A DNA stretch of 61,605 nt, counting the filler. It is 10 parts of 10 records of this genome, joined end to end, with 100 filler letters (N's around TTAATTAATTAA, not from the genome) between each part and the next. Parts side by side here need not be neighbours in the genome. Positions count along the whole stretch, not along the records: positions 27,890 to 33,210 come from SRR31156797_55268; positions 33,311 to 38,710 come from SRR31156797_55285; positions 38,811 to 45,321 come from SRR31156797_55307; 7 more parts are not named here. One strand, written 5' to 3'. Under the pieces are notes generated by a model. It was not told where the DNA came from and ran no database searches. It saw nothing but the letters and a program-made list of their open reading frames with translations. The first letter of the stretch is position 1. Each line of letters opens with the position of its first letter. Position numbers and translations under genes: made by a program. This document shows positions 30,759 to 42,048 of the stretch, one piece after another.

Positions 30759-31958
30759 TCACGTAGGCTTTCGAGAGAGAATTCGATACGCTGCGACCGG
30801 CATGGTCGAGGAGAAAAAAACAACCACGCTGCCAAACATGAGCAGGCCGCTGAAGGAAAACGCGTGACACAGTTGAACGAAATCCATCATCATTCCCGCC
30901 ATCAGTGCCCCGCAGAGCATGCCGATGCTGTGTGCCATGCTGATCAATCCCATCACGGACCCCATGGCACGGATCTCTCCACCTTTGACTACCGCCAGCG
31001 CCATCAAAGCGGCCGTTGTTATTCCACCGCCGACTCCGAACAAAAGGTTGGCTCCCGCCAGCGACCAGTAGCAAGAGGACCGGCCGATGGCATAAACGGC
31101 AAGGGCAATTGTCAACCCGCCGATGACCACCATGCACCGACGGTTGAAGCGATCGGCAAGATACCCCATGGGCGCTTGCACCAGGCCACTCACCAGCACC
31201 CCTATCGTCACAAGAAAACCGATTTGTGCTGTAGAGAGGTGGAGCCGGGCATCGGCCAGCACCGGCAAAAAGCTCCAGATGGTACCGATGCAAAGGGCGA
31301 AGGCAAAACGGACAAGAAGCAGCGCCCCCAGGTCACGATCCTGCAACAATCTTCGCCAGGGCATAGGGCATGCACATTCGGCGGCGGCGGTGGTCCTCGG
31401 TTTGGCCGGCAGTATTGCTGCGCACAGCAGCAAGCCTCCCAGCGCAAGCATGCCCATGCACCCGAAGGCGACATTCATGCTGTAGCGAGTGCTGAGAAGA
31501 CCGCCCACAAGAGGCCCGAGGCTGAGGCCCAAAAATACGGAACTATTGAATCGGCCCATGGTCATCCCCTCCCTTCCCTGCCGGGTGAGATCTCCGACAA
31601 AGGCCTGGACCACCGGCATGATCATTGCCGATGCAATACCCTGGACACATCGAATGGCGATCATCCATTCCACACTTTCGGAGAGAAAGATGAACGCGAG
31701 GGAAACCAGTGCATACGCCAACAGACCGGCAAGAATGAAGGGTTTACGGCTGTTGCGATCGGAAAGACGCCCGAAGACCGGAAGTAAGAAGGTACGCGTT
31801 AAAGCAAAGGAGCAGAATATCAGCGAGATGTAGATTCCGCTAGCACCCAGGTCACGGGCATAGACCGGTAACAGGGGAACGACAATGCCCACACCGGTCA
31901 CCACGGTGAAAAGGGAAAAATACAAGGTGAGGAAACTTTTACGTGCGGATTGCTTCAT
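30759..31958 (-). CDS. MFS transporter (DHA1-like)
   Basis: GIVVPLLPVYA, motif A GRLSDRNSRK and GYLADRFNRR; about 12 hydrophobic segments. Confidence 0.9.
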   Translation of the reverse strand: MKQSARKSFLTLYFSLFTVVTGVGIVVPLLPVYARDLGASGIYISLIFCSFALTRTFLLPVFGRLSDRNSRKPFILAGLLAYALVSLAFIFLSESVEWMIAIRCVQGIASAMIMPVVQAFVGDLTRQGREGMTMGRFNSSVFLGLSLGPLVGGLLSTRYSMNVAFGCMGMLALGGLLLCAAILPAKPRTTAAAECACPMPWRRLLQDRDLGALLLVRFAFALCIGTIWSFLPVLADARLHLSTAQIGFLVTIGVLVSGLVQAPMGYLADRFNRRCMVVIGGLTIALAVYAIGRSSCYWSLAGANLLFGVGGGITTAALMALAVVKGGEIRAMGSVMGLISMAHSIGMLCGALMAGMMMDFVQLCHAFSFSGLLMFGSVVVFFSSTMPVAAYRILSRKPT

Positions 31959-32134
31959 GTTGATCGGAGCCTGCCCGCGCGAACCTTAATGCAGCTCGCG
32001 TTATGGTTGTTGAAATCCGCCGGTCCCGGAACCGGCACAGCGATAGGTTTGAACCCGGGTTTCCCCGCACCGGACATTCGATCGTTTCCGGTACGGGGAA
32101 GTGTCTGGGTTGCTGTCGGATGCGAATCAGTTCA

Positions 32135-33210
32135 TCACGGAGCTGTGTAGGTGAAGGTAAAGGTGTCATAGCCCACAGCCTCTACCACGAGGGTATAGGT
32201 TTGACCGGATTCGAACAGCGCCTCGTCGTTGGAAGTTGCTTCCGGGTTGATGCTTTTGTTCCCGTCATCGTCTTCGCTGAAGAAATCGGACCGGCGGCCT
32301 GTTTCGACTTCAATGCCCTCAACCTCACCATCGGCTGTCACGGTGACTTTTTCGACGTTGTCGGCATAGTCGTTGCCCTTGTCGATATCACCATCGATGG
32401 CAAAAACGCCGTCGGTCAGGGTGATATCCGACTGTGTGATTGTCGATTTTAAAAGGATATCGGCTTCCGCAGGCTGATAATCGGGATCGGTCAAAGCCAC
32501 GACATATTCACCCGGCACCACAGTCTCACTGGACAGAAAGGTCAAGGTTTGTGTGGCGGTGTCATAGGAGAAATCCGTGCCCTCTTCGAGACTGGTCCGC
32601 CTTCCCTTGGTGACACTCCAGCTCTCCGCCTCGAAATCTTCCGGCAGCGCCGACGTATCCAGAACGATGCTTGCGCCGCTTTCGGTCAATTCCGCTTCCC
32701 CACCGACAAGGACCTCTTCATCGCCAAGGGTGGTGCCGAATGTAAAGGTGCCCACCGCATCTTCGTAGCCCCTTGCCTTGACCGTTATGGTATATGTGCC
32801 CGGCCTGATGGTCCGGGTATCCACTTCATCAAAATAGTCGACAACGCGTTCCGAAGTGAATTCATAGCCATGGGCCTCGAAATCGCCGTTCGTGAGGGCG
32901 ATATCAATGCCGCCATGGTGAACCTCATGCCAAGTGTCTTCATAAAACACCGTCCCCGCCACCACCCCGTCTTCATTTTCGTAAGTAACGGCATAGATGA
33001 CGTTCATATAGGCCCCCAGATAGTTGACGGCAGTATCGTCATCGGTTTGCAAGTTTGTAAAACTAACGCTGAGCCCGCAGTCCCCATATGCGTAGTCATA
33101 TGAAACCGTCGTTGACACTTCGAAATCCCCAACGTCGACCAGCGCTTCCGAAGCCTCGATCGTACCGCTTATATCGTTGGCCGTGCCGTAACTGCCGTCG
33201 GCCATGACCG
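32135..33210 (-). CDS. Acidic extracellular beta-rich protein, 5'-truncated
   Basis: Ig-like repeats ending YTITVKARGYED and YTLVVEAVGYDT; weak resemblance to DUF1533/Tp47-type surface proteins. Confidence 0.55.
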
Positions 33211-33310
33211 NNNNNNNNNNNNNNNNNNNNNNNNNNNNNNNNNNNNNNNNNNNNTTAATTAATTAANNNNNNNNNNNNNNNNNNNNNNNNNNNNNNNNNN
33301 NNNNNNNNNN
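33211..33310. other. Artificial contig spacer
   Basis: N-run + TTAATTAATTAA + N-run. Confidence 0.98.
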
Positions 33311-33312
33311 AT

Positions 33313-33846
33313 GAGCACTGGAGAGCCTTCAGGGAATTCTCATCTAAGGTTGCTTATGTTGACATTGAAACCACTGGCCTGTCCCCTTGCAGTTCATACA
33401 TAACTGTAGTGGGGATATATGATGGGAAGAATGCACGGACCTTTGTGAAAGGGATAGATCTTGATGAGATTGTGGATGTACTGTCTGAATTCGAATTCCT
33501 TGTGACATTTAACGGCGCAAGATTTGACCTTCCTTTTATCAAACGAGAGTTCCCGGAGATCGAATTTAACCAACTCCATGCAGATCTCATGTATCCTCTG
33601 AGGCGCATCTCCCTGAAAGGCGGCCTGAAAAAGATAGAATGCGAGCTTGGTATATCAAGAGCAGAGGAAACTGTCGGTATCAGTGGTTTTGATGCGGTAC
33701 GTCTCTGGCACCAGTATCAGCGTGGGGATCAGGAGGCGCTTGAACTTCTGCTAAAGTATAATCGTGAGGATATAGTTAACCTCAAGACCATTATTGACAT
33801 GAAACTTACTGATTTCATAGAACACAAATTTGCCGAACGAATCTGA
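33313..33846 (+). CDS. RNase H-like exonuclease (YprB/RNase_H_2), 5'-truncated
   Basis: EHWRAF..VAYVDIETTGL, VTFNGARFDLPF, GGLKKIE, YNREDI. Confidence 0.85.
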   Translation, partial: EHWRAFREFSSKVAYVDIETTGLSPCSSYITVVGIYDGKNARTFVKGIDLDEIVDVLSEFEFLVTFNGARFDLPFIKREFPEIEFNQLHADLMYPLRRISLKGGLKKIECELGISRAEETVGISGFDAVRLWHQYQRGDQEALELLLKYNREDIVNLKTIIDMKLTDFIEHKFAERI

Positions 33847-33847
33847 T

Positions 33848-35644
33848 ATGAAATTCGACCTCAAGACACTTCCTGCATTGTCGGGTGTCTACCTGATGAA
33901 AGATAAATCAGGAGATGTCATATATGTGGGTAAGGCCAAGTCCCTGGATAAAAGGGTGCGCCAGTACTTCCAGTCAAAGAGAAACCTCTCTCCAAAGACT
34001 GTTACATTGGTGAAGCACATCGATGATATTGACTACATTGTAACTGATTCAGAGATTGATGCACTTGTACTTGAAGCAAATCTAATCAAGAAATACAAAC
34101 CTCGTTACAATGTACGCCTGAAGGACGACAAACGCTATCCTTATGTCAAGGTCACGGTAAATGCCGCATTCCCGCGAATATTTTTGACACGTCGAAGGCT
34201 TATGGATGGAGCTCTCTATTTTGGTCCTTATACTAATGTAAAGGCAATTCGCACCACACTTGACCTTATATCCAGGGCTTATATGCTCAGGCAGTGCAGA
34301 AAAAAAATAGAGCCTGGCAAAACCCGTCCATGTCTTAACTATCACATTAAACGCTGCATTGCTCCCTGTAAAAAAGGAATTGACAGGGATGAATATCGCA
34401 GAAGAGTGATGGAAGCTGTCAGATTCTTGAAAGGCGATACTTCAGGTATTCTCAAGGAACTTGAAAAAAAAATGAAATCCATGGCTGAAAATCAGGATTA
34501 CGAATCTGCAGCAGAGACAAGGGACCAGATTGAATCTGTAAAATACCTCTCAGAGCAACAGATAGCAAGTTCCGGCACAGATGACAGGGATGTACTTGCA
34601 GCAGTTGCCGATGAAAAGGCAGTTTATATACAGGTTTTCTATGTGCGGCATGGCAGTATGGTAGGGAAAGCAGATTTCACACTGATTGGTGCCGAAGCAT
34701 CGGAGAGTATCGAAGAATCTATGGCACAGTTTGTAAAACAGTACTATCAGGATTCGCCTATTCCTCCCGAGATCCTTGTTCAGCATGAGCTACCTGAAAA
34801 AGAACTTATTGTCAAATGGCTATGCCAGCACTCCGGCAGGGATGTGAAGGTTCATATTCCTCTGAGGGGTGAAAAGAAAAAACTCGTTGAGATGGCAGCA
34901 AAGAATGCAGAGATGTCCCGAAGGATGGCACAGCTAAAGCCCTTACCCTCTGAAGCTGCCACGGAGGCTCTTGAGGATTTGCAAAAAGTGCTTTCTCTGG
35001 ATGAACTCCCTCTGCATATAGAAGGTTTTGATATTTCCAATATATCAGGTACAAATGCAGTAGGGTCCATGGTATATTTTGAGAATGGCAGGCCTGCAAA
35101 CAACAATTATCGGCAGCACAACATTAAAACCGTAAAGGGAATTGATGATTTTGCAATGATGGCAGAAGTTGTGCACAGGCGTTATTCCCGCCTGCTAAAG
35201 GATAATGAATCACTGCCTGATTTGATTCTCATAGACGGAGGCCCGGGCCAGGTGGGTGCTGCAAAGTCTTCTCTTGATGCATTGGATCTTAGCATACCGA
35301 TGATTGGTCTTGCCAAGAGGTTTGAGCATATAATAACCACCAAAAAGGGACCTGATGAAGTTATTATTCTTCCACATTCTTCACCTGCTCTAAAGCTTCT
35401 GATGCATATCCGTGACGAAGCCCACAGGTTTGCAGTGACTTCCCATAGGCGCAGGAGGTCAGCAAGCCTTACGCATTCTGAACTGGATTCGGTACCTGGT
35501 ATCGGTGCGTCCAGAAAACGTCTCTTGCTTGAGAACTTCGAATCGATTGATAGGATAAGGAGTTCTTCAGTTGAAGAACTTTCGTCTGTCAATGGAATAA
35601 GCAGATCACTTGCAGAAAAGCTTCTTTATCATTTGAACAAGTAA
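33848..35644 (+). CDS. uvrC: Excinuclease ABC subunit C
   Basis: GIY-YIG (GVYLMKD..IYVGKAK), IEGFDISN, LIDGG.GQ, RDEAHRFA, HhH tail. Confidence 0.96.
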   Translation: MKFDLKTLPALSGVYLMKDKSGDVIYVGKAKSLDKRVRQYFQSKRNLSPKTVTLVKHIDDIDYIVTDSEIDALVLEANLIKKYKPRYNVRLKDDKRYPYVKVTVNAAFPRIFLTRRRLMDGALYFGPYTNVKAIRTTLDLISRAYMLRQCRKKIEPGKTRPCLNYHIKRCIAPCKKGIDRDEYRRRVMEAVRFLKGDTSGILKELEKKMKSMAENQDYESAAETRDQIESVKYLSEQQIASSGTDDRDVLAAVADEKAVYIQVFYVRHGSMVGKADFTLIGAEASESIEESMAQFVKQYYQDSPIPPEILVQHELPEKELIVKWLCQHSGRDVKVHIPLRGEKKKLVEMAAKNAEMSRRMAQLKPLPSEAATEALEDLQKVLSLDELPLHIEGFDISNISGTNAVGSMVYFENGRPANNNYRQHNIKTVKGIDDFAMMAEVVHRRYSRLLKDNESLPDLILIDGGPGQVGAAKSSLDALDLSIPMIGLAKRFEHIITTKKGPDEVIILPHSSPALKLLMHIRDEAHRFAVTSHRRRRSASLTHSELDSVPGIGASRKRLLLENFESIDRIRSSSVEELSSVNGISRSLAEKLLYHLNK

Positions 35645-35733
35645 TATCCTCTTATTAAAAAAGTTGCGGCAAAAATAAATACTGTGCTGACACTCTATAT
35701 ACTTGATTTGTTTAAATGGTGATGTGTGATTAA

Positions 35734-36465
35734 ATGGGTAATGAACTGGATTTTTATGGGAATATCCGCAGTCCTGACATAAGGATGCTTCATGATATGG
35801 ATGAGGTTATCTATGATAAAAAATGGCTTCAGTCTCAGGAGAATTTTGAACTTTATTACATGTATCGGAATCTTTCAAAGAATGAAGCCGACCATGAAAA
35901 GATAGCCGGAAAAAAACTTCGTTATGATATTACTATCATCCCTCCTGCAATGCTTGGTGATGAGTACATAAAGACTGCGGGACATTATCATCCTCCTGTG
36001 CCTGGACAGGACGTATCGTATGCTGAACTCTATCAGGTGCTGGAAGGTGAGGCTGTATACCTTCTCCAGAAGGCGGAAGGTGGAAGGATCACAGATGTTA
36101 TAGTCTGTGAGGCAAAAGCAGGAGATCTTGCGCTGGTTCCGCCGGACTATGGTCATATAACCATCAATAACTCCGATAAGACTCTCAAAATGGCTAACTG
36201 GGTATGCGACGATTTTTCCTCAATTTATGAGCCTGTGAAAAAACTCTTTGGGGGAGCTTACTACTTGTTAAAGGACGGTTTTGTGAAGAATCCTGAGTAT
36301 GTTGTGGTTCCGGAAATCAGGTATGTTAAGCCAATGGATTATCCAGAAGCAGGTCTTTACTGTGGAAAGGATATGTATGATCTGGTAAACGATCTCGACA
36401 AGCTTGATTTTCTCGTAAGCCCCCGGGATAATGCCGCTCTTTTCGCTAAAATGACTTCTCTCTGA
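35734..36465 (+). CDS. pgi: Cupin-type (archaeal) glucose-6-phosphate isomerase
   Basis: LRYDITI, EYIKTAGHYH, ELYQVLEG, VPPDYGHITIN. Confidence 0.82.
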   Translation: MGNELDFYGNIRSPDIRMLHDMDEVIYDKKWLQSQENFELYYMYRNLSKNEADHEKIAGKKLRYDITIIPPAMLGDEYIKTAGHYHPPVPGQDVSYAELYQVLEGEAVYLLQKAEGGRITDVIVCEAKAGDLALVPPDYGHITINNSDKTLKMANWVCDDFSSIYEPVKKLFGGAYYLLKDGFVKNPEYVVVPEIRYVKPMDYPEAGLYCGKDMYDLVNDLDKLDFLVSPRDNAALFAKMTSL

Positions 36466-36546
36466 GTTTGTCGCACAATATGCGAAACTATAAATGTCTG
36501 GCAGCTACTAATTCCTAGCAGTTAGAAAACGGTTAGAGGTATATCT

Positions 36547-37302
36547 TTGCAAAGCAATCATCAAATTCAATTCACATCGTCTAAAATAGAGGACCTGATG
36601 TTCAGGACTACTTTCAATCCTAAAACCATGGAAGGGGATGTAATTGTAAATCTCTCTCTAATTGATAAGCAGGATTATGACGATGTTTTCAAGATATTCA
36701 GTATGGCTATTAACAGTGGACTTTCAGTAAGTCCCCTGCTTAAAGTCCTTCATGAAGGTGATTCAATTGGTGACCGGAAAATCGGTAAGGATGAGGTTGG
36801 TTTTGCAACTGTGTGCAGCATCACCATAGACGGTCTTCTGTTAAAAGCCGGTGTAATGGTAAAACCAAGGTTTGGTGGCCTTGTTGAAATAAGGGATGGT
36901 GAACCCCTACGCTTTACAAATGTGCTTACCTATCAGAGTACTACTATAGATCCTCTGGAGGTTCTTATGTCGCAGGAACTCACATCTGTAATGAGCATGC
37001 TTAAAACAGGTTCTGGTAAGATTCTTGCCAACCTGCGTGAGGCACCAATGGTTGCAAGGGATGAAATCGACAGCACCCTTTCTGACATGGTGGACGCAGG
37101 CATCAATGGTATTCTTGAAGTGGGTGAACCGAATACAAGAATACTGGATGTTCCGGTAGGACGTGATCATCTTGGAATTGTTGTCATTGGCGGCACGAAT
37201 CCAATGGCCATTGTGCAGGAACATGGCATTCCGATAAGGACGAATGCAATGTCTACACTAATTGATATCAATAAACTTTCTCACATCAATGATCTGGTTT
37301 GA
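36547..37302 (+). CDS. nrpRII: DUF128 / NrpRII nitrogen regulator subunit (no HTH)
   Basis: [35 protein letters not shown]. Confidence 0.75.
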   Translation: MQSNHQIQFTSSKIEDLMFRTTFNPKTMEGDVIVNLSLIDKQDYDDVFKIFSMAINSGLSVSPLLKVLHEGDSIGDRKIGKDEVGFATVCSITIDGLLLKAGVMVKPRFGGLVEIRDGEPLRFTNVLTYQSTTIDPLEVLMSQELTSVMSMLKTGSGKILANLREAPMVARDEIDSTLSDMVDAGINGILEVGEPNTRILDVPVGRDHLGIVVIGGTNPMAIVQEHGIPIRTNAMSTLIDINKLSHINDLV

Positions 37303-37308
37303 TGTGTA

Positions 37309-38691
37309 TCATTTTTTTGTTAACTGATTGGCGATTGCAGAATTTAGTTTTTGAATAAATTCTTCTTTTTTACCAACGGGAACGGTAGCTCCCGCTGCAA
37401 TATCGTGACCTCCACCGGCTCCGCCAAGTTCCTGGCACACAATACTCAGGGCTTCTGCAAGGTTTAGCCCCCTGTTGATAAGTTCCTGTGTTCCCCTGGC
37501 TGATACTTTGTAACCGTCATCCTTGTCCGCAAATGCGATAATGGGTAATTTCCGGTTACCTGTTGATGAGTGGCTCATGCCGGCAACAATTCCCACTATA
37601 GTTTCAGGTATTACACTTCCTGCATCGAAATACTGGAGGTGTGAGAGCTGGGTAATACCATTGTTCTTGACAAAATTAAGTCCGTCAACAAGGTTTTTGC
37701 GGTGAGTGTTCAAAAGATCCTGAGCTTCCCTGTATGCTTCTTCACGATCTCCCATGCATACCTGCATGCCCACTTCTGCTCTCATGTATCTTCCTGTGGC
37801 ATTAAGAAGTGTGGAATATTCACTGGCATCCCTCATCTCAGTGCCTTCTTTCTCGGAAAGGAGAATATATCCTTCAGCTACAAGCCTTCCGATGTTGTAG
37901 GATGACACTCCATTTTGCATGGAATGTTGCAGGAGTGCCGAACTTACTTTCATTTTCTCCTCTTCTGAAAGGTCTATCCACCGTCTCCATTTTTCATCGT
38001 TTGAGAACTGAAGTCCAACCCTGGCAAGAAAATCAATACAGGCATCTTCATTGCCGGTGAGCCCGGGAATAAAAGGGTCTGATGAGAATTGTAGCATCTT
38101 GTATACAGGTCTTGTTTGTTTTCCAAAGAGCGAAATATCCTTTTTAGGGACTATAACTTCAGGATTAGCTTCAAGTATCATCCTGTTAAGACTCACAAGT
38201 TGCCCGTGTTTACGGTACTGCATATCTCCGACACACCCAACAATTGCCAGGTCTGCAAGGTCACGGTTGTCTCCAAGTCTGGATGCAAGTATGAATGTTG
38301 TTCCTGATCCGCTGATCTCATAGGAGCCGTTAGCTCCGAATAGGTGGGGGTTGAGGTGGAGTTCTGTTTCTCCCTGTGGACGATGATGGTCTGAAACAAT
38401 GGCATGCACTCCATAGTTGTTGATGTGTTCCAGTTGTCCGCTCCCAAGGTCTGTGAAAATGCTGAGGTCTGGATTCATGTCTGCAATATGTTCAACGATT
38501 GTTTCATCAAGCTGTTTTACAAACATCATTTCATAGCCAATACCAGCTCGCTCCAGGGATTTGGCGATAATGGCTGCGGAACTTATCCCGTCAGCATCTA
38601 TGTGTGATACCAGTTGTATTTCATCGTGTTTCTTAATTTCATGGGCACACTTTTCTGCACGTTCTACCATCATGGCCATAGTTGTAGACAT
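37309..38691 (-). CDS. DHH/DHHA1 phosphoesterase (archaeal RecJ-like)
   Basis: SHIDADG, DLGSG, SDHH, GGGHDIAAGA. Confidence 0.9.
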   Translation of the reverse strand: MSTTMAMMVERAEKCAHEIKKHDEIQLVSHIDADGISSAAIIAKSLERAGIGYEMMFVKQLDETIVEHIADMNPDLSIFTDLGSGQLEHINNYGVHAIVSDHHRPQGETELHLNPHLFGANGSYEISGSGTTFILASRLGDNRDLADLAIVGCVGDMQYRKHGQLVSLNRMILEANPEVIVPKKDISLFGKQTRPVYKMLQFSSDPFIPGLTGNEDACIDFLARVGLQFSNDEKWRRWIDLSEEEKMKVSSALLQHSMQNGVSSYNIGRLVAEGYILLSEKEGTEMRDASEYSTLLNATGRYMRAEVGMQVCMGDREEAYREAQDLLNTHRKNLVDGLNFVKNNGITQLSHLQYFDAGSVIPETIVGIVAGMSHSSTGNRKLPIIAFADKDDGYKVSARGTQELINRGLNLAEALSIVCQELGGAGGGHDIAAGATVPVGKKEEFIQKLNSAIANQLTKK

Positions 38692-38710
38692 TTTTCCTCC
38701 TATTATTCTA

Positions 38711-38810
38711 NNNNNNNNNNNNNNNNNNNNNNNNNNNNNNNNNNNNNNNNNNNNTTAATTAATTAANNNNNNNNNNNNNNNNNNNNNNNNNNNNNNNNNN
38801 NNNNNNNNNN
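38711..38810. other. Artificial contig spacer
   Basis: N-run + TTAATTAATTAA + N-run. Confidence 0.98.
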
Positions 38811-38815
38811 AAACT

Positions 38816-39604
38816 TCAAACTGATTTGAAGTTAACCTTTTCATTGCCTTTCTCTTTGCTCCTTACATATATAAGATCAAGGAACTCATGGGCAAGATCT
38901 GCAAGTTCAAGAAGTTCATCCCTGCTCAATGGTTTTGTATCCCTGAGAGACTCCATCATAGCATTTTCAGCAAATCCCTGCTGGATAACATAAACCACAT
39001 CCCGCCTTCCGGTGAGGTTATTAATAGAACTTGCAATTTCTGAGACATCGTCGGAACTTCCCATGAAGTCTCTGATTATCGTGGTCCTCAGTTCAAGCTC
39101 AACACCCTTTTCCAATACCTGAGAGATAGACTCACTTACTTCTTCGATAACTACCTGTGGGTTGATATGGATATCAGAATAGTCCATGCATCCAATTGCC
39201 TTTGCATACTTTTCTGCATCATCAAGCGGAGCTTTCACGTCGATGAAGAATTTGTCCACAAGCCCTTCATCCATCAGTTCGGCCATTACGTGAGGATAAT
39301 AGCCGTTGGTATGGATACCAACCAGCAGGCCAATCTTCTTCGCAAACCTTGCAAGGTGCTTCACAGCATCCTTCTGCATCAGGGGTTCGCCACCAGAGAT
39401 AACCATACTGCTGACAAAGAGCCGGGACTTCTTCATCTCAGCTTCGAGCAATGAAATGTCAACCATGTTGCTTTCAAAAAGAAGCTCATAGTTCTGACAA
39501 TAAGGACACCTGTAAGGACATCCCCGTAAAAAGAGGACGACTGACACTTTGCCGTGCCAATCTACAGTTGATATAGGAACAGTGTTCCCATAGTTTACTT
39601 TCAT
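38816..39604 (-). CDS. nrdG: Anaerobic RNR activating radical-SAM enzyme
   Basis: CPYRCPYCQN, SGGEP; immediately downstream of nrdD. Confidence 0.9.
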   Translation of the reverse strand: MKVNYGNTVPISTVDWHGKVSVVLFLRGCPYRCPYCQNYELLFESNMVDISLLEAEMKKSRLFVSSMVISGGEPLMQKDAVKHLARFAKKIGLLVGIHTNGYYPHVMAELMDEGLVDKFFIDVKAPLDDAEKYAKAIGCMDYSDIHINPQVVIEEVSESISQVLEKGVELELRTTIIRDFMGSSDDVSEIASSINNLTGRRDVVYVIQQGFAENAMMESLRDTKPLSRDELLELADLAHEFLDLIYVRSKEKGNEKVNFKSV

Positions 39605-39619
39605 AATTCACTTTAATCT

Positions 39620-42022
39620 TCAGATCATATCTGAGGAGCTGTAGCGCATCCTGTCTTCAAGTTCCTGCCTCTTACCATTGTTCCAGCCGCCTACTGCCTG
39701 TACATATCCGGTTACCCTGGACATCTGCTCGACGTTCTCGGAACCACAGTTTTCGCATGAGCACTTAAGACCTGACATCATGTGGAAGTCATTGAGACAC
39801 ACTGTCATGTCCTTGGTGAAAGCAAAGTAACCGATCTGGGTGTTCTTTGCAATGTTCATTGCAAACTCCTTGAGACCCTTTGCATCAGGCGCACCTTCTC
39901 CCATCCATATGTGACAGATGTTACCACCGTCAACGATCGGGAAGAACACATGCTCGATATTCATCCTGTCAACGAGTGAGATGTCAGCACCTGGTGGTAC
40001 GTGAGTACCGTTGGTGTAGTACACTGGCAGGTCTGTGGTTTTCCTTAGATTCGCAAGAGCAGCTTCCTTGTCACCCTGTACGACTTCAAGGACACAGTCC
40101 CTGTACTCCTCGTGGAGCATGTCGGATACTGAGAATCTCTGACCTGTGGTCTCTGCAGGAGTACGTGCAAGAGCAATCTCAAGACCGTGCTTCTGGCTGA
40201 GCTCGTGGGCATACATCTCCATCTCGGTCATTACTCTGATGGCGAACTTGAACGCATCCTTTGACTCATGTATCTGAGAACCGACATGATACTGGACCAT
40301 CTCATTGATACCTATGACACCGATGGTGCAGACAAGTGCATCAATATCAACTGCTATGCAGCCCTTCTCACCTGTCACAGGGTCCTTTGGCCTCTGTGTG
40401 GCAAATGGCATCCTGTTGTTCTCGATAATGTTATCCATCCAGCTGCGCTTTGTCTTGAAGAGGTCGATACACTGATCCATGAGGTGTTTGAGGTCAGCAA
40501 ACAGAGCAGAATCATCCCCATTCGCTCTGTATGCCGCTCGTGGGCAGTTAAGAGAGACAACCTGCCAGGAACCCATTGAAAAATGTTTTCCATCCTTGAA
40601 TATTAGCTTGTCCTCAAAACTGTCATCTGCATCAGCATTTGCTGAGAACTGGTATGCACAGCACTGATAGCAGGATATACCCTCGCCTGCGCCTCTGTAT
40701 TCAGGTAACTGATTATCGAAATATGGAGTACCGAACTTTGCTGCAAGTTCAAAGGTCATGTCATAGAGTTCCTCGTATGTTGGCAGATCAGGATGTGCCA
40801 TGTTGTAGAACTCGTCCTCTTCAATGAAGTCAGGTTCAATGGAGATCTCAGGCTTAGGGAAATTGAATGGCTTACCCCAGTTATCACCCTCGATCATAAC
40901 ATCCAGGAGAGCCTTGAATGCAAGACGGACCTCACGCTCGAACTCGCTGTAGGTACGTTCATGTGTACCGTTGCTACCATCATGTACACGTCCCTTGTAA
41001 ACAGCTGGCTTATCCTTCCAGAGTTTTGGCACACCAGGAGACAGCTGAACAGAGGAGAACACTACCTGTCCACCACGGGCTACCATCATCTGAGTCATCT
41101 CGTACACAAACATCTGCATGAGCTGCTTTATATCACCGTAATTCTTGCCCTCAAGGTATGGAGCAAGGAATGTAAGGAAATTGTAGAATCCCTGACCACC
41201 TGCGAAGTTTGTCTGGGCACTTCCCAGAGCCTTCACTGCGTGAAGTATTGCTACCTCTGCCTTCATTGCCGGACCGGCAACACTGGCCTTTGCACCTGAT
41301 CCATCAGGCATGAGACCATAGTAGAAGAAATACCGCAGATCCCAGTCCTGACAGAAGGCACGGGTTCCAAGATATTCAAGGTCATGAATGTGAAGATCAC
41401 CATTAAGGTGCATGTCAGCAAGCTTTGGAGGCAGCAGAAGCAGGTATTGTTCCTTTGAGATCTTATCTGCTTTCTTCTTATGGGATGTCTCTGCATTCTC
41501 CTGAAGATTTGCATTGTCGTTAGCCTCAAAACCGCTTCCAAGGTCGATCTCGCATGCATCATATACAGGAGTACCTATTCTTGTGGATACATTCCTCCAC
41601 TCAACATGGCCTCTCTGAAGAAGCTCCATGTTGACGATCTCCCTGATAAGCGGGCCTGACAGGAACTTAAGGTCAAGACTCCTTATACGCTTCTCCACTT
41701 TCCTGGCAATGTCAAATGCTTCATCCTTTTCAATGCCTGCTTTGCCATGGAATCGCTCAGCAAGCTTTGTTTCTTTCGTCAACTGATCGATTATAATAGC
41801 TCTGTCCCAATCGACCATGTGCCCTGATGTGGTACGCACCTTTGGCATTATGGATATGTCATGGCCATCGAGTGTCTTCTGTATAGCATGCTGTTTTATG
41901 GATGCTGTCATGTTGTTATCTGTCCTCTCGTCTTCCTCTGCGTGAACCTGAGGGTCAGTTCCCAACTCTGCCGTTTCAAGTTCAATCTTATCTTTCGTAT
42001 TGGTTGCACATAATTCCATCAT
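39620..42022 (-). CDS. nrdD: Class III anaerobic ribonucleotide reductase with ATP cone
   Basis: GDLHIHDL, YQCCAY, TPAETT, YYTN, SRVTGY glycyl loop, WNNGK.QEL.DR; ATG 42022 follows GAGGTG. Confidence 0.96.
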   Translation of the reverse strand: MMELCATNTKDKIELETAELGTDPQVHAEEDERTDNNMTASIKQHAIQKTLDGHDISIMPKVRTTSGHMVDWDRAIIIDQLTKETKLAERFHGKAGIEKDEAFDIARKVEKRIRSLDLKFLSGPLIREIVNMELLQRGHVEWRNVSTRIGTPVYDACEIDLGSGFEANDNANLQENAETSHKKKADKISKEQYLLLLPPKLADMHLNGDLHIHDLEYLGTRAFCQDWDLRYFFYYGLMPDGSGAKASVAGPAMKAEVAILHAVKALGSAQTNFAGGQGFYNFLTFLAPYLEGKNYGDIKQLMQMFVYEMTQMMVARGGQVVFSSVQLSPGVPKLWKDKPAVYKGRVHDGSNGTHERTYSEFEREVRLAFKALLDVMIEGDNWGKPFNFPKPEISIEPDFIEEDEFYNMAHPDLPTYEELYDMTFELAAKFGTPYFDNQLPEYRGAGEGISCYQCCAYQFSANADADDSFEDKLIFKDGKHFSMGSWQVVSLNCPRAAYRANGDDSALFADLKHLMDQCIDLFKTKRSWMDNIIENNRMPFATQRPKDPVTGEKGCIAVDIDALVCTIGVIGINEMVQYHVGSQIHESKDAFKFAIRVMTEMEMYAHELSQKHGLEIALARTPAETTGQRFSVSDMLHEEYRDCVLEVVQGDKEAALANLRKTTDLPVYYTNGTHVPPGADISLVDRMNIEHVFFPIVDGGNICHIWMGEGAPDAKGLKEFAMNIAKNTQIGYFAFTKDMTVCLNDFHMMSGLKCSCENCGSENVEQMSRVTGYVQAVGGWNNGKRQELEDRMRYSSSDMI

Positions 42023-42048
42023 TCCCACCTCGAAATTCGATAACACTA

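Noticed and set aside
30645-31787. 380-aa plus-strand ORF
   Set aside because: Antisense to the MFS gene.
33848-35644. Bacterial-type uvrC in an archaeon as a novelty
   Set aside because: UvrABC is already known in mesophilic methanogens.
39620-42022. Intein or intron in nrdD
   Set aside because: Normal length; no splicing motifs or endonuclease insert seen.
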